Positions 26,401 through 26,908 of a stretch of DNA of 26,908 nt are shown here, in pieces. The position numbers and the translations under genes are program-made. The stretch is from positions 1 to 26,908 of the forward strand of contig CAVYSW010000007.1 in NCBI GenBank assembly GCA_963771275.1, written 5' to 3'. Source of the stretch: an uncultured Gemmatimonadales bacterium. GTDB taxonomy: Bacteria > Gemmatimonadota > Gemmatimonadetes > Gemmatimonadales > GWC2-71-9. The first letter of the stretch is position 1; every line of letters starts with the position of its first letter. Under the pieces are notes generated by a model that saw only the letters and a program-made list of their open reading frames with translations, was not told the origin of the DNA and did not search any database.

Positions 26401-26908
26401 TAGAGCCCGATCCCCGCGGCTTCCTCGAACAGCGAGCGCCGCTCGTCCGCCCGGTCGGACAGCAGCCGCTCGATCATCTGGGCCTCGATCACGACCCCGG
26501 CGTCGCTGCCGAGCCCCGTGCCGCGCAGCAGATCCTGCACGTCGCGCAGCCGCACGGAGCTCTGGTTCAGCAGGTAGTCGCTCTGTCCGCTGCGCGACAG
26601 CCGCCGCGTGATCTCGACTTCGCGGTACGACACCGGCAGCAGGCCCTCGTGGTTGTCGAACACGAGGGAGACCTCGGCCACGCTCACCGGCCGGTGCCGC
26701 TGCGCGCCGTGGAAGATCACGTCTTCCATCTTGGCGCCGCGCAGCAGCCGCGCCCGCTGCTCGCCCAGCACCCAGCGGACGGCGTCCGAGATGTTCGACT
26801 TGCCGCACCCGTTGGGGCCGACGATGGCGGTGATGCCCTCGTCGAACGGCAGCTCCACCGTGCCGGCGAACGACTTGAATCCCGTCAGCTGGAGGCGCGT
26901 GAGCTTCA
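23451..26908 (-). CDS. smc: Chromosome segregation protein SMC (first base of start codon just outside window)
   Basis: KLTRLQLTGFKSFA, Walker A GPNGCGKSN, long coiled coils, hinge, LSSGE, LLDEVDAPLD, ITHN, YGVTMQEPGVS. Confidence 0.96.
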   Translation of the reverse strand, partial: KLTRLQLTGFKSFAGTVELPFDEGITAIVGPNGCGKSNISDAVRWVLGEQRARLLRGAKMEDVIFHGAQRHRPVSVAEVSLVFDNHEGLLPVSYREVEITRRLSRSGQSDYLLNQSSVRLRDVQDLLRGTGLGSDAGVVIEAQMIERLLSDRADERRSLFEEAAGIGLYRDRKESTERQLARTTEDLQRLEDVINEVQREVRSLARQRGRAERSGTLAAERFAIVMTLTRGELAGFDEQARALAVTREQLEHALPARRAALEGREREREAAAQARHAAEARRTDLERRLAAARVDVERLEGDLKLAGERLQHGAERRTRAQAERTAAGERAAAAEREREAAAAERRIAAEARQSVQGELDLRTQSEEDARHRLGEARSAVRALEERLHGEAERLRALAGERSALERDLAELRQRASDADRARTVRRAEREAAEARRRETESLVQRRGDESRAADTEMERARHALAAAREHEEALRSERRAVDDAVAGLSARQQALERLEREREGLAPAARRLLEVRDRFGDGAVLGPLSDFLRTSQAEAGLVERLFGEWLHAVLVRDDAVDAVRRWHDEQAPGPLVLLPASGPVGAAAGAALPVEAAGPAAGWARALLAGQEVLDPQGHGIRRPNGAVVLAAGAGAGPLARRADLAALTDEIAEQQRRVARLQAAQDGAAQAHAAATAALDGAGRALDAARTAAREAQAAADDAKRVLQRLEREVLEAEQAATRLGEQVSDRADRLAATARQVEAAETARGRLDAERTTQRAVLGELEAQQEAARERRVHWQVEEAQVSAREAAARESEERAATTLAAARQEIAALDEELRAIERDTGGVGEQEQLWRDTLAERRVTAQELAAAAAAAEAGVGAAEARLLEVERAVTVARGDLETASGQAHRAEVEGTELHGRRQALVERVEAEWRQPLEQLLAGCEPVAGDLATLRAAAERIAQALEAIGPVNPLAVEEHAEEVKRLEFLTTQRDDLVAARATLHEALREIEQTARAMFVETFAAIRGHFRTVFQTLFEGGECDVRLAVESDPLNSDIEIQAAPRGKRTQRIHLLSSGERALVAISLLFAIYLTKPSPFCLLDEVDAPLDDANVVRFIRLLSEFKRDTQFIVITHNPRTMQVADAVYGVTMQEPGVSTIVGVRLGELEEV

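Overview
High-GC bacterial chromosomal window; the gene repertoire suggests Gemmatimonadota or a related FCB-group lineage (inference only). Bases 1-7250 hold a sedentary integron. It has an integron integrase (intI, minus strand, 6186-7247), an attI core at its 3' side (6012-6018) and at least 11 cassettes running toward and past base 1. The cassettes are separated by ten complete ~135-147 bp attC sites of three sequence families plus one half-deleted attC. intI and the array are co-oriented (inverted-integrase layout). Cargo: two near-identical ORF-less ~319 bp cassettes next to attI carrying different attC families, two toxin-antitoxin cassettes (hicBA with frameshifted hicB; DUF433/DUF5615 inverted), DUF2007, TonB-C-like and membrane-protein cassettes, and several frameshifted or decayed cassettes. 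Most cassettes end in cassette-specific 12-14 bp inverted repeats. The rest is mostly ordinary chromosome: a lipoprotein, a vapBC-type TA with a palindromic operator, a four-helix-bundle protein, an internally deleted DUF2214 pseudogene, an FAD/BBE oxidoreductase, lat, ICMT-like and TonB-like genes, DUF1801, a UMF1 MFS transporter, an acyltransferase, and an smc-S8 peptidase-MBL hydrolase-aroF-lolA run. It also holds a 5'-truncated IS200-like HUH tnpA bracketed by GTAG/GTGG REP doublets (with a third dispersed copy), an unexplained 78-bp structured direct repeat and a heptamer tandem repeat. All calls are by eye, with no database searches.
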